A stretch of DNA of 64,000 nt. It comes from an uncultured Alphaproteobacteria bacterium. Lineage in GTDB: Bacteria; Pseudomonadota; Alphaproteobacteria; RF32; CAG-239. A model generated the notes under the pieces. It was given only the letters and a program-made list of their open reading frames with translations, was not told the origin of the DNA and did no database searches. This document shows, one piece after another, positions 26,198 through 38,383 of the stretch (positions are counted from its first letter, which is position 1; the number at the start of each line of letters is the position of its first letter). Where the stretch lies: positions 8,613 to 72,612 of the forward strand of contig CABQIK010000007.1 of assembly GCA_902464275.1 (NCBI GenBank), read 5' to 3'. The translations under genes were made by a program, and so were the position numbers.

Positions 26198-28585
26198 ATG
26201 TTTCGCTTATGTAAGTTTTTTATAAGTGCTTTTATATTGCTCAACCTACTTGTTGCCCTGCCGGCCAACGCGGCTGACGAAACTTTGCAATTTGATAAAG
26301 TTTCCAAGCAATTAACAACTATTGAAAAAAAGCTTAAAAGCGGTAATTCCACAGTACAGAGCATAGATGAAGACGCTAATTATTTATATCAAACATCGGG
26401 CAGTCTCTCAGCTTTTAAGCGCGAATACGAGCGTGAAGCCGCCTATGTGCAAAAACAAATAGAAGCTTTAGGCTCTGCACCGGAAGACGGTTCTAAAGAG
26501 CTTAAAGTCATTGCCCAAAAACGTAATGAATTTAACAATACCTTAGCGGTTATCAAAAGCAAAATTGCCGAAGTGCAAATTTTGGAAGTTAAAATTGAAG
26601 AACTTAATTTATTGGTTTTAAATTCCCGTAATCAGAAAATATTAGGCAATTTGGTTACCAAACAAGACATTTTGCTCAATCCGCAAAACTTTTTTGCCGC
26701 TATTAAAGCCTTTGCCGGTTTTAGCTGGGATATTATTACATCCCCGATAAATTGGTATAAAATGCTTGATGATTCCGGTAAAAACTACATCTTAACTTAT
26801 TTTATTCCGATACTGATTATTCTTATCGGCGCTTTTGGAGTCGGGCTTATTTTGCGCCGCCTGATTATGCGTAATTGGGGCTACCGCGCTGACATTGAAA
26901 ATCCGCGTTATGGGCAAAAACTGTTTGCCGCAATGGCGGTTGCCGTTGCCTATGGCGTTATTCCGACCTTAATCATCGGCGGATTTTTAATTTGGATGAT
27001 AGGCATGCAAATTTTTACCACCGGATTTTTCGGCATAGCCATTAACAGCACGCTCTATTATCTGCTATACATTATTATGGCGCGCGCCATCGCCCGCGTA
27101 ACTTTTGCTCCCTATCATGAAAAATGGCGCCTGATTAACCTCGGCACCGAAAAAGCCATCGGCATTGTTAAAGCTTTATACCTAAGCATTTGGCTCATTG
27201 GCATTGTTTCATTGCTTGAATACATTGCCCGCACCGCCAACTATCAGGCTGAATTGATTAACTTTATTGTGGCAACCGATTGTGCCGTTAAAGCTTTTGC
27301 CATTATCTTATTGGTCAGCCGCATTTTTTATGAAGAAGAACCGGAATTATCAGCCGAAACTGATGATGATACCGATGACAGCATGAGTAATTCATTTAAA
27401 ATTATTTTCATCACCTCGTTTATCAGCATTGCCACTTTCGGCATAGCCTTGTTCGGCTACCCTGATTTGTCGGCCTTTATTTTTAATCGTTATATTTTAA
27501 GCGCTCTGCTGTTTGTGTTATTCATAATCTGTCACCGCTTATTTGCTGAAATCATCAAGCACATTTTACTGCTTGGCTTTTGGGCCAAAACCTTTAAAAT
27601 GCGCCGCAAAATTTTAACCAAAATAAACTTTGGTTTAAGCCTGATTTTAACTCCTCTGCTTGCCATGTTTTTTATTTTTGTATTTTTGAATCTGTGGGGC
27701 TTATCGGGCGATTTAATTTTGCACGTAGTTAAAAAAATTCTGTTCGGCTTCAGTATCGGCGGCGTGCGTATTTCTTTAATTGCCATAATTTTAGGCATTG
27801 TGGTATTTTTCGGCTCGCTTGCCATCATGAAAGCCTTAAAAAACAATTTAACCAACAACGTTTTTGCCAAACTTGATATTGATGACGGCATTAAGCACTC
27901 ATTATCATCCGGTGTCAGCTTTGTAGGCTTTGTAATAGCCTCGCTGTTGGCAATTATAGTCATGGGCGGCAATTTAACCAGTTTGGCCGTTATCGCCGGT
28001 GCCTTATCGGTCGGTATCGGTTTCGGATTACAAAACATTTTCAACAACTTTGTATCCGGCATTATCATTTTGTTTGAACGTCCGGTAAAAGTCGGCGACT
28101 GGGTTGTCTTTAATGGTGAAGAAGGCCAAATTAAACAAATCAACATTCGCTCCACCGAATTGGAAACCTTCAAAAAAACCAGTATCATTATTCCTAACGC
28201 CACATTAATTTCATCGGCATTAACCAACTTAACCCACGGCAACAACTGGACCAGACAAGCTGTCAGCGTCGGGGTTGCTTACGGTACCGATGTAAATAAA
28301 GTTACTGAAATTTTATTAGAATGCGCCCGTAACAATAAAAAGGTTTTAAAAACTCCCGCGCCGTATGTAATTTTCAAAGACTTCGGCTCCAGCTCGCTTG
28401 ACTTTGAATTACGTTGCTATTCTAACAACATTTGGGCAGGTTGGAACATCCCGAGCGAACTGCGTTATGAAATTAACCGCCGCTTTATGGAAGAAGGAAT
28501 TGAAATTCCGTTCCAACAGATTGTTATCCACCAAGGCGACACTTCCGTATCTTCAGAAACGCAATTCTACGGAAACAAAAAATAA
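26198..28585 (+). CDS. mechanosensitive channel, MscK/KefA-like (MscS family)
   Basis: Signal peptide, periplasmic coiled-coil domain, multiple TMs, and an MscS core (GLQNIFNNFVSGIIILFERPVKVGDWV). Confidence 0.8.
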   Translation: MFRLCKFFISAFILLNLLVALPANAADETLQFDKVSKQLTTIEKKLKSGNSTVQSIDEDANYLYQTSGSLSAFKREYEREAAYVQKQIEALGSAPEDGSKELKVIAQKRNEFNNTLAVIKSKIAEVQILEVKIEELNLLVLNSRNQKILGNLVTKQDILLNPQNFFAAIKAFAGFSWDIITSPINWYKMLDDSGKNYILTYFIPILIILIGAFGVGLILRRLIMRNWGYRADIENPRYGQKLFAAMAVAVAYGVIPTLIIGGFLIWMIGMQIFTTGFFGIAINSTLYYLLYIIMARAIARVTFAPYHEKWRLINLGTEKAIGIVKALYLSIWLIGIVSLLEYIARTANYQAELINFIVATDCAVKAFAIILLVSRIFYEEEPELSAETDDDTDDSMSNSFKIIFITSFISIATFGIALFGYPDLSAFIFNRYILSALLFVLFIICHRLFAEIIKHILLLGFWAKTFKMRRKILTKINFGLSLILTPLLAMFFIFVFLNLWGLSGDLILHVVKKILFGFSIGGVRISLIAIILGIVVFFGSLAIMKALKNNLTNNVFAKLDIDDGIKHSLSSGVSFVGFVIASLLAIIVMGGNLTSLAVIAGALSVGIGFGLQNIFNNFVSGIIILFERPVKVGDWVVFNGEEGQIKQINIRSTELETFKKTSIIIPNATLISSALTNLTHGNNWTRQAVSVGVAYGTDVNKVTEILLECARNNKKVLKTPAPYVIFKDFGSSSLDFELRCYSNNIWAGWNIPSELRYEINRRFMEEGIEIPFQQIVIHQGDTSVSSETQFYGNKK

Positions 28586-28596
28586 TTTTATAAAAA

Positions 28597-28624
28597 AGAC
28601 AGCCCCAAACGGCTGTCTTTTTTA
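28597..28624. terminator. bidirectional rho-independent terminator
   Basis: AAGACAGCC-ccaaac-GGCTGTCTT followed by TTTTTATTT. Lies between convergent genes. Confidence 0.65.
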
Positions 28625-28625
28625 T

Positions 28626-29024
28626 TTAATATAAATCGCTTAAATCCGGCTTTTTATAATTCGGGCCTTTTAAAAATTTGCCATCCGCGCGTTTTAAAGG
28701 TTTACCGTTAACCAGTTTAGACATATTGCTTTCATGCACGCGCTTAAACACTTCTTCAAACGGAATTCCGAAACAAACAGCCATGCCGCTTAACACATAC
28801 TGCAAATCCGCCAGCTCTTTATACATTTTAAGCACTGATTCTTTTTGAACTTTGCCATTTTGCTCCAACTCATTAATTAAATTATCAATCTCGGCATTAA
28901 GCTCCGCCGTTTCTTCATTAATTAACCGCTTGCGCAATGCCAGCAAATCAACTGAAAATGGCTCATTTACGGCACATTCCATAGCTTTATGGCATTCTGC
29001 CACCATTTGTTCATACTTGTTCAT
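28626..29024 (-). CDS. MazG-like nucleotide pyrophosphohydrolase family protein
   Basis: EETAEL...E...ELADL helical EExxE-type motifs. 132 aa. Confidence 0.5.
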   Translation of the reverse strand: MNKYEQMVAECHKAMECAVNEPFSVDLLALRKRLINEETAELNAEIDNLINELEQNGKVQKESVLKMYKELADLQYVLSGMAVCFGIPFEEVFKRVHESNMSKLVNGKPLKRADGKFLKGPNYKKPDLSDLY

Positions 29025-29167
29025 AACACCCTCACAAATTTACTTTTTATATGTTAAGCTTTTATCGGGTTTGTCAAGCTGTTTTTAAAGTAAATGTTAA
29101 TAGAATCCGAAAAGTGCTGAAATTTGATTTAAGCCGGTGTATATATTATAGCCAAGAAAGGAAAGTT

Positions 29168-29830
29168 ATGTCTGCGACCTTAGATAAAATCATTAATCTG
29201 TTCAAATGGCCGATAGCGGTTTACATGCTGCTGTCTTTGCCCGCGCTTTTCATGTCGGTTGATTTTTTTTCATTCGCATCATTTAAATATTTAGCCCTCA
29301 TCGCCGGATTTTTCATGTATTTTATCGCCCGCACCATGGCCGATTCGTCAGTTAAAACTTCCATGCAGATTATCGCCCATGAGCTAACTCACTCCTTTTT
29401 CGCCCTCATTACCTTTCATAAAGTTGACCATATCCGGCTTGACCCTGATAACAGCGGCGGCGAAATGGGCTTTAAAGGCGAAGGGAACTGGCTCATTATA
29501 ATTGCTCCATACTTTTTTCCGCTATTTGCGTCAATTTATATGGTTATTATGGGCTTTTTGCCTTCTAACCTGATTATGAACGGAATTTTAGGCTATTTTC
29601 TGGGCTATCATACTGATACTGTCGGCTCTCAAATTCATGACAAACAAACTGATTTGCCCAAAGTATCGTATAAATTTTGTTGGATGTTTCTCCCCTCTGC
29701 CAATTTGTGGGTTATCGGCAGTATACTTGCTTTCAACAGCCGCGGTTGGGAAGGTGTATCGTTGTATTTTGACTTAATCAACCGGCTTAATCTGCAAAAC
29801 TTAAAATATGTGCTAAACCTTGTGTTTTAA
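29168..29830 (+). CDS. membrane protein with HExxH motif (M50B-like putative metalloprotease)
   Basis: Multiple TM segments. HELTHS motif. Start chosen at the ATG with RBS AAAGGAAAG, and the longer track ORF is less likely. Confidence 0.45.
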   Translation: MSATLDKIINLFKWPIAVYMLLSLPALFMSVDFFSFASFKYLALIAGFFMYFIARTMADSSVKTSMQIIAHELTHSFFALITFHKVDHIRLDPDNSGGEMGFKGEGNWLIIIAPYFFPLFASIYMVIMGFLPSNLIMNGILGYFLGYHTDTVGSQIHDKQTDLPKVSYKFCWMFLPSANLWVIGSILAFNSRGWEGVSLYFDLINRLNLQNLKYVLNLVF

Positions 29831-30708
29831 TAAACAAGCTCCGTTTCATCGGCATTTAGGCAAACTTTTTTACCAATCGGCAGCACATAGCGGCTGGCAA
29901 TATGCCCGTACGGAAAATCTGTTATTACCGGAATATCCAACTCTTGCGCAAAATCAGCAATAATTTCCGCAACAGAGCCGTCACCCTCATCAGCTTCTGT
30001 GCAATTTAAGAACTGCCCGAATACAATACCATTTAAGCCTGCAAAATCTTTTTGCGCTTTAAGCTGATTAAGCATCAGGTCAATCCGATATGTTTTTTCG
30101 CCCACATCTTCAATCAGCAAAATTTTACCCTGCAACGACGGAAAATACGGCGTGCCGCACAAATAATTAAACACGCTCAAACATCCACCGACCATAATCC
30201 CTTGCGCCAAACCGGCGTTTAAGCATTTGCCGCCAAACACTTTTTGCTCATGACCGGCAAAAACCTCATTTAACGAGCAATTTATTTTTTCATCAAGTTC
30301 ACCGGTTTTAAAATCAAAAATCGGCAAAAATCCGGTGTATGACACATTGCCTGCTAACGTAAACAAGGCATTTTGCAAAGCGGTTGAATCGCTTAACCCG
30401 AACACCGGCTTGCGATTCTTTTTAACAGTTGCGTAATCAAGATACGGTAAAATTTTAGAGCTTCCCGCCCCGCCGCGCACACAAAACAACGCTTTAATAT
30501 CAGGGCGAGCAAATGCTTCATTAATATCATTCGCCCGCTCAAAATCCGTGCCTGCCATATAATAACGGCGCGCAAACACGTGCGGCATAAGCTCAAGCTC
30601 AAAACCTTGCGCTTCAAGCCAAGCCGCGCCGGTTTTTAATGATTCCGGCTCAATAAAGCCCGATGGCGCCACCAAGGCTATTTTATCGCCCGCGCGTAAT
30701 AACGTCAT
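29827..30708 (-). CDS. ldcA: LD-carboxypeptidase (muramoyltetrapeptide carboxypeptidase)
   Basis: S66 family N-terminus KIALVAPSGFI. Adjacent to mpl. Confidence 0.8.
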   Translation of the reverse strand: MTLLRAGDKIALVAPSGFIEPESLKTGAAWLEAQGFELELMPHVFARRYYMAGTDFERANDINEAFARPDIKALFCVRGGAGSSKILPYLDYATVKKNRKPVFGLSDSTALQNALFTLAGNVSYTGFLPIFDFKTGELDEKINCSLNEVFAGHEQKVFGGKCLNAGLAQGIMVGGCLSVFNYLCGTPYFPSLQGKILLIEDVGEKTYRIDLMLNQLKAQKDFAGLNGIVFGQFLNCTEADEGDGSVAEIIADFAQELDIPVITDFPYGHIASRYVLPIGKKVCLNADETELVY

Positions 30709-32078
30709 GCTGTTACCCCTTCTAAAATGCTATGGCAAAAATCCGGCAGTGAATTATCTCTGGCTCCCATAATTACAACCCGATCACCTGGTTTTGCCAT
30801 CGCGATTATTTGCGTTTTAATTTCATCTCTGGTCTGATAAAACTTAGCGTTAACGCCAAGCTCACAAGCATATTTAATTAAATCCGCCGATGAAATATCG
30901 CGTTTTACCGTTCCTCCGGCATAATAAATTTCCGGCATAAACAAACAATCGTCAGGCAGCATGGTTTGCGCAAAGCTTTCCATAATTTGTTTGCCCATCA
31001 TGCGCATCGGCGAAAATCCGTGCGGCTGAAACATAACCAACAGCCGGCCGCTGTAATCGCGTAATGCCCGCATTGAAGCCAAAACCTTATCGGGATTATG
31101 CGCAAAATCATCAATTACGGTAACACCGCCGCGGGTGCCGATAACATCTAAGCGCCTTTTGGTACCGGTAAAATCTTGCAAAATTTTTGCCGCTGCAAAT
31201 TTATCAACCCCCAAATATGAGCAGGCGGCAATCGCGGCCATCGCATTAGCCACGTTAAAAGCGCCGATTATCTGCAAAGTAAACGTTTTGCCACTTAAAT
31301 CATAGCTTATGCCATGCGGTAAAGGCTTAATGTCTGAAGCGTAAAAATCAGCCTGTGGATTTTTAACCGAAAAAGTTTTAATATGCGGATTGCAATCTTT
31401 CAAACATTGCGAATTAACGCAATCGGCATTAATCACCGCGCCGCCGGTTGCTTTTTGCACAAAATCGGCAAACAATTTTTTAAGTTCGCTGATTTCTTTG
31501 TGGTCTATCGTAATATTATTAACCACCGCCACATACGGCACATATTTTTCAACCGAACCATCGCTTTCATCAGCCTCCACCACGCAAATATCGCCGTTAT
31601 TTAAAATAACATTCGGAATCCCCGCCTGATTGGCGTAATTTTTGAGCAATCCTCCGTTAATAACCAACGGTTTTTTGCCTAATTTATCCAAAATAAAACC
31701 TATCATCGCGGTTAAAGTGGTTTTACCGCTGGTTCCGCCTACCGCAATTCCGTAACGTGATTGATTAAAAATTTCCGCAAGCAAATCCGAACGTTTTTTA
31801 ATAGCGATATGCTTTGTCTTTGCCACTTTAACATCCGGAATGGTATCTTCCACCGCGGTTGAAACATAAAGACAGTCTAAATCATCTGTAATCGCGGAGC
31901 CGTCCTGCGGAAAAATTTTAATTCCGACATCTTCAAGAGCCTTGCGATTCGCCTCATCTTTACCGTTATCAAAACTTCTGTCCGAACCGCGCACATTTAT
32001 TCCTCTTGCGTTCAAAACCTGCGCCAATGCGCTCATGCCGCTGCCGGATATTCCGCAAAAACTAACCTTTTTCATCAT
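30705..32078 (-). CDS. mpl: Mur ligase family, likely UDP-N-acetylmuramate:L-alanyl-gamma-D-glutamyl-meso-DAP ligase (Mpl)
   Basis: GISGSGMSALA nucleotide-binding motif. 457 aa. The context with ldcA favours Mpl over MurC. Confidence 0.7.
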   Translation of the reverse strand: MMKKVSFCGISGSGMSALAQVLNARGINVRGSDRSFDNGKDEANRKALEDVGIKIFPQDGSAITDDLDCLYVSTAVEDTIPDVKVAKTKHIAIKKRSDLLAEIFNQSRYGIAVGGTSGKTTLTAMIGFILDKLGKKPLVINGGLLKNYANQAGIPNVILNNGDICVVEADESDGSVEKYVPYVAVVNNITIDHKEISELKKLFADFVQKATGGAVINADCVNSQCLKDCNPHIKTFSVKNPQADFYASDIKPLPHGISYDLSGKTFTLQIIGAFNVANAMAAIAACSYLGVDKFAAAKILQDFTGTKRRLDVIGTRGGVTVIDDFAHNPDKVLASMRALRDYSGRLLVMFQPHGFSPMRMMGKQIMESFAQTMLPDDCLFMPEIYYAGGTVKRDISSADLIKYACELGVNAKFYQTRDEIKTQIIAMAKPGDRVVIMGARDNSLPDFCHSILEGVTA

Positions 32079-32088
32079 TTAAGTTCCT

Positions 32089-32895
32089 TTACAACGCGTC
32101 ATAAATATCTTCAAGTTTCTGTTTGCCAGCTTGCAAATCTTTATAATCAACCACAATATAAGTCTGCTCATCGCCGTCCGCATACAGCGCCAAGGTTACG
32201 CCGGTTTTGCCGTTTTCAAAAGTTGCGTACAAAGTCGCTTCGCCGCTTACCAATTTTTGCAAAAATCCTTCCGCGCCGAGCGGCATTTCAACCACGCGCG
32301 ATATAACATTGCCATCGGCATCGGCTTCATCAACATTAACCGCCGCCGGTGTATAAAACTGCTGAGCATTACCGTATTTTTTAGCCAACATCTGGTAATA
32401 TTGCTTGTAAAGCTTCAACCCCTTGCTTGCCGAAGCGTCATCTTGCTGCGGTTTGCCGTAAGCAATAATCCGCCACAACTGGTTATTATCGCCAAAACTG
32501 ATGTCAACTTCTTTAAAATCGGAAACCGGCTTAGGCAGATTAATTGCTTTATATGTTCCGGGCGTATCTTTAAGCTCAATCGGCGTTAAATAAACTTTTA
32601 AGGCTTCAATATCTTTAACCGGCGCAAGCCAACTTAACCCGAACGGCGCCGGTGCATAAATATTTTGCGGCTTAACGTCTTTAACTTTTTCAATTTTTTT
32701 ACTGACGGTTTTAATTTTAAGCGCTGCCGGACGACTGTCTAAAATTTTACCGGCTTCCGTCTGCCCCGATTCTCCGGCCGCTTCCTGCTTCATTTGACCT
32801 GAAACCACCAAATCGCCGAAAAAGCTCTCTTCCGCTTTTGCCGAATTAGTGCCAAGCAGTCCTAAAGCCGCTAAAAACCACCATATTTTTTTCAT
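32089..32895 (-). CDS. secreted hypothetical protein
   Basis: Signal peptide MKKIWWFLAALGLLGTNSAKA. Start chosen at MKK. Confidence 0.5.
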   Translation of the reverse strand: MKKIWWFLAALGLLGTNSAKAEESFFGDLVVSGQMKQEAAGESGQTEAGKILDSRPAALKIKTVSKKIEKVKDVKPQNIYAPAPFGLSWLAPVKDIEALKVYLTPIELKDTPGTYKAINLPKPVSDFKEVDISFGDNNQLWRIIAYGKPQQDDASASKGLKLYKQYYQMLAKKYGNAQQFYTPAAVNVDEADADGNVISRVVEMPLGAEGFLQKLVSGEATLYATFENGKTGVTLALYADGDEQTYIVVDYKDLQAGKQKLEDIYDAL

Positions 32896-32994
32896 AAATC
32901 TTCTCCTTTTGCATATTGAAGAAAAAAAGTTGAACACTGTTCATTTTTCTGCTATAGTAACGCAAATTTGTTAATTTAGATATAAGAATCAACC

Positions 32995-33591
32995 ATGAAT
33001 AAAGATAATATTCAAGAAATTTTAGTCAACAAAGGTCGTGAACTGATTCAAGAAAAAGGCGCCGAATTTTTAACCGCCCGCAAACTTTCCGAAGCTTCCG
33101 GTTATTCGGTCGGCACCATTTACAATCAGTTCGGCAACATGGATAACTTTATCTTAATTCAAAATTACCTGACTTTAGACAGCCTCTACATTCGTCTGGC
33201 GCGTTTACAGGCCTCCGGCACCCCGTACCAACGGCTTAACCTGTACGCGCGTGAATTTATTAATTTTGTGCTTGAAAATAAAAACCTGTGGTTTTTGGTT
33301 CACAACTTTCATCTTTTGAACAACAACCGCCACTTTTCAAAAGTTTACCTGCGCCGCGTGGTGCAAATTACCCAACTGGTTGAAAGCTCGTTTAAGGCCT
33401 TGTTTCCTGAAATTCCGTTGCCTGAACGCTTGCTTTCCATTCAAATTTTGTGGCTTTCGTTGTTTTCGTTAAGTTCTTTTTTAACCACCGACACATTAGA
33501 CAGCTTTACCAAAATTAACAAAAACACCTTGTGCGAATTGCTCTTAAATACCTATCTTGCCGGCATGAAAGTGCTTGAACAGGCTCAATAA
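32995..33591 (+). CDS. TetR/AcrR family transcriptional regulator
   Basis: N-terminal HTH (LTARKLSEASGYSVGTIYNQF). Confidence 0.7.
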   Translation: MNKDNIQEILVNKGRELIQEKGAEFLTARKLSEASGYSVGTIYNQFGNMDNFILIQNYLTLDSLYIRLARLQASGTPYQRLNLYAREFINFVLENKNLWFLVHNFHLLNNNRHFSKVYLRRVVQITQLVESSFKALFPEIPLPERLLSIQILWLSLFSLSSFLTTDTLDSFTKINKNTLCELLLNTYLAGMKVLEQAQ

Positions 33592-33754
33592 GCATTTTTG
33601 CTATAAAAAATATCATTCAATATCAATACATTAGCCCTATAATGAAAATTTCTTGTTAATAATTATTAACAGGCGTTTAAAATGATTCACAAATAAAAAA
33701 TATGGCGTTATAGTATTAACATCATTGTTAAAAAAACAACGGAAGGATAAAAAG

Positions 33755-34441
33755 ATGAGAGTGCTGTTAGTTGAAGATGATTACGCCGTTTCACAAAGCA
33801 TTGAAACCATGCTCAAAAAAGAGGGCATGATTGTTGACGCCACTGATTTAGGCGAAGACGGACTGGAAATCGGCAAACTGTATGATTATGACATCATTAT
33901 TCTTGACTTAATGTTGCCTGACATGAACGGATATGAAGTTCTTAAAAGCCTGCGCAACGCCAAAGTCAACACTCCGGTGCTGATTTTATCCGGTTTGTCT
34001 GAGCCTGATAAAAAAGTTAAAGGATTGGGATACGGTGCCGATGACTATTTAACCAAACCTTTTGATAAGGCCGAGCTTTTAGCCCGTATTCAAGCGATTG
34101 TGCGCCGTTCCAAAGGACACTCCAACTCCATTATTAAAACCGGTGAAGTTGAAGTTAACTTAGATACTCAAACCGTTACCGTCAGCGGCAAACCGCTTCA
34201 TTTAACCGGCAAAGAGTACGGCATTATGGAATTGCTTTCATTGCGCAAAGGTTCAACCCTAAACAAAGACCAGTTCTTAAACCACTTATATGGCGGGATT
34301 GATGAACCTGAGCTTAAAATTATTGACGTGTTTATTTGCAAATTGCGTAAAAAACTTGAAGACATTTCCGGCGGCAAAAATTACATTGAAACCGTTTGGG
34401 GCAGAGGCTACGTATTACGTGACCCTGATGAAAACAAATAA
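33755..34441 (+). CDS. ctrA: cell-cycle response regulator CtrA (OmpR family)
   Basis: Near-identical along its length to the Caulobacter/alphaproteobacterial CtrA pattern (MRVLLVEDD...[10 protein letters not shown]...[15 protein letters not shown]...[13 protein letters not shown]...[13 protein letters not shown]). RBS GGAAGGA. Confidence 0.9.
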   Translation: MRVLLVEDDYAVSQSIETMLKKEGMIVDATDLGEDGLEIGKLYDYDIIILDLMLPDMNGYEVLKSLRNAKVNTPVLILSGLSEPDKKVKGLGYGADDYLTKPFDKAELLARIQAIVRRSKGHSNSIIKTGEVEVNLDTQTVTVSGKPLHLTGKEYGIMELLSLRKGSTLNKDQFLNHLYGGIDEPELKIIDVFICKLRKKLEDISGGKNYIETVWGRGYVLRDPDENK

Positions 34442-34527
34442 TCGGTCAGTATAAAAATTATAAACGGCCGCAAGGTTTAAAAAAGCAAGTTAAGTATTAT
34501 ATCTCCTTGCGTTAAGGAGATTAAAAC

Positions 34528-35244
34528 ATGAGCAGAATTTACCTTGCGGCCGGATGCAATAACGGTAATATTCTTAATGATTATACCGTTTTTTTAGTGC
34601 AAAAATTAGCCGAAACCGGCGATGTTTATTATTTAAACAACGGCAAACTTGCCAAAGCGGAATTACAAAAGCTGCAAAAACACGCCTTTTTTGCCGATTC
34701 GGTATTGCACAACGGCAATGATTACGGTTCATGGCAATATTTAATTTATCACTTAGGTTGGAAAAAGCTGTCAGAGTATGATGAAGTTGCTTTTTGCAAT
34801 GAAAATACTTATGCCCCGTTAGCGCATTTGCAAAACATTTCAGCATATCTCAAATTTCAAAATTACGATTTTTGGGGCATGGCGGAAAAATATAATCACA
34901 ATCCTGAAGACAACGGGCGCTTTATCATATTTAAACACAACGTAATTCAAAGCCCCAAATTTCAAGAATTTTGGAATAATATAATTTTTCGTGACAAGCG
35001 CTACACCTACAAAACCATTTTAACCCCGTTCTTAAAAGAATTAGGTTTTAACGGCAAAACCGATTATAAAAATTACAAACAGCAGACACCGTTAAAATTA
35101 AGCGGCTCAACGATTCGTCTGGCAACTCCCATCAGTTACGGAAGCACTTTTGCCGTTAAGGACACAGGTTATCATCAAAAACCGCTTGCCGGTATAATTA
35201 AAAATTTAAAAAACGGAATCCATTTATTCCGCTCCGGTTTATAA
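34528..35244 (+). CDS. hypothetical protein
   Basis: 238-aa ORF with reasonable codon usage. No recognisable motif. Confidence 0.4.
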   Translation: MSRIYLAAGCNNGNILNDYTVFLVQKLAETGDVYYLNNGKLAKAELQKLQKHAFFADSVLHNGNDYGSWQYLIYHLGWKKLSEYDEVAFCNENTYAPLAHLQNISAYLKFQNYDFWGMAEKYNHNPEDNGRFIIFKHNVIQSPKFQEFWNNIIFRDKRYTYKTILTPFLKELGFNGKTDYKNYKQQTPLKLSGSTIRLATPISYGSTFAVKDTGYHQKPLAGIIKNLKNGIHLFRSGL

Positions 35245-35287
35245 AAAAATCTGACTTATAACATATTGCCCGAAAGATAAAAAAGCA

Positions 35288-35321
35288 ACCGGCCGATGAT
35301 GGAAAATCATCGGCCGGTTTA
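35288..35321. terminator. bidirectional terminator between convergent genes (hypothetical protein and groEL)
   Basis: AACCGGCCGATGAT-ggaaaa-TCATCGGCCGGTT, a perfect 14-bp stem. Confidence 0.7.
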
Positions 35322-35342
35322 TAAGCTTTAGCGGAAATCAGA

Positions 35343-37296
<1,954 letters not shown>

Positions 37297-37470
37297 TGTA
37301 CAATCCTCATATAAGTTTTTAACTAATGTTTAGTTAGTGTTTGCAACCGCCCTTGTCAAGAAGCAAGGCATAAAAAAATACCCGATGATATATGTTTTAT
37401 TTTACCCCTTGCAAAGTTTGTAAAATTTATTATTGTAAAAGCATAAGTTAACCTTAAAGGAATACAAATT

Positions 37471-38244
37471 ATGTACCGATTAATTATCGCCGCCTGCTTA
37501 TTTGCCTTAACCTTTCCGGCTTTTGCCGCCGAACAGACTGCTCCCTCGGCTCCTGAACCGGCAACGGCAACCGTGGTGCTTAAACCGACTGAAAGCGACA
37601 TGGAAGAGCAAATGAAAAACGCCACTGTCGCTTCATTGGAAGAATTACAAAAACAAAATTTTGACTTTAACGCTCAAGATTCCAACGGCAACACTCCCTT
37701 ATTTTATTTATTAACCCGCAACCCGAACCGCGAAGTTGCTCAAAAAGCCATTGACCTGGGCGCTGATGTAAACACTCCCAACAAAGCCGGCATTTTGCCG
37801 ATAAATATTTCCACCTCTAAAGCTAATGAACTGCAACTGCAGATTATTATGATGCAGGCCATGGGGCTTGATTTAAATGACCCTGAAGTGCAGGAAAAAG
37901 TGCAGGAAAAACTTTTTCATGAAATGGAACGCATGTTCCAAATGGCGCAAATGCTGATTGCAAACGGGGCTGATGTTAACCGGGAAGGAGCTCTCGGAAC
38001 TCCGCTTATGAACGCCGCCACCAATGCCTGGAATTATGAAATTGCCAAAATGCTGATTGAAAAAGGCGCTGATGTAAACGCTCGGGACAAAAACGGCAAA
38101 ACCGCGCTGTTTTACGCTGCCGCCGGCAACAGCGATGACATTGCCATGTTGTTGTTAAAATCAGGTGCCGATGCCGACATAAAAGATAACAACGGCAAAA
38201 CTTATCTTGAAATTGAACGCTTACACATTGAAAGCCCGTTATAA
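37471..38244 (+). CDS. secreted ankyrin-repeat protein
   Basis: Signal peptide MYRLIIAACLFALTFPAFAAEQ. At least 3-4 ANK repeats (NGNTPLFYLL..., GTPLMNAATNAWNYEIAKMLIEKGADVNARDKNGKTALFYAAAGNSDDIAMLLLKSGAD). Confidence 0.8.
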   Translation: MYRLIIAACLFALTFPAFAAEQTAPSAPEPATATVVLKPTESDMEEQMKNATVASLEELQKQNFDFNAQDSNGNTPLFYLLTRNPNREVAQKAIDLGADVNTPNKAGILPINISTSKANELQLQIIMMQAMGLDLNDPEVQEKVQEKLFHEMERMFQMAQMLIANGADVNREGALGTPLMNAATNAWNYEIAKMLIEKGADVNARDKNGKTALFYAAAGNSDDIAMLLLKSGADADIKDNNGKTYLEIERLHIESPL

Positions 38245-38383
38245 ATCAACATATTTATGCCGTTGCGGTTAATATCCGTAAAATTTAATAGATTCTTTAG
38301 AAAAGAGAGCATACAATAATGCCATAAATGCCCATACCCCGATTCTTGGTATGGGTATAATAAACTTTTATAAGGATTGTATT

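Noticed and set aside
37297-37470. CIRCE/HrcA operator upstream of groES
   Set aside because: A search by eye of both strands found no GCACTC/GAGTGC cores.
37356-37625. 89-aa minus-strand ORF overlapping the start of the ankyrin gene
   Set aside because: It overlaps a better-supported signal-peptide-containing gene and the groES promoter region. No RBS is visible.
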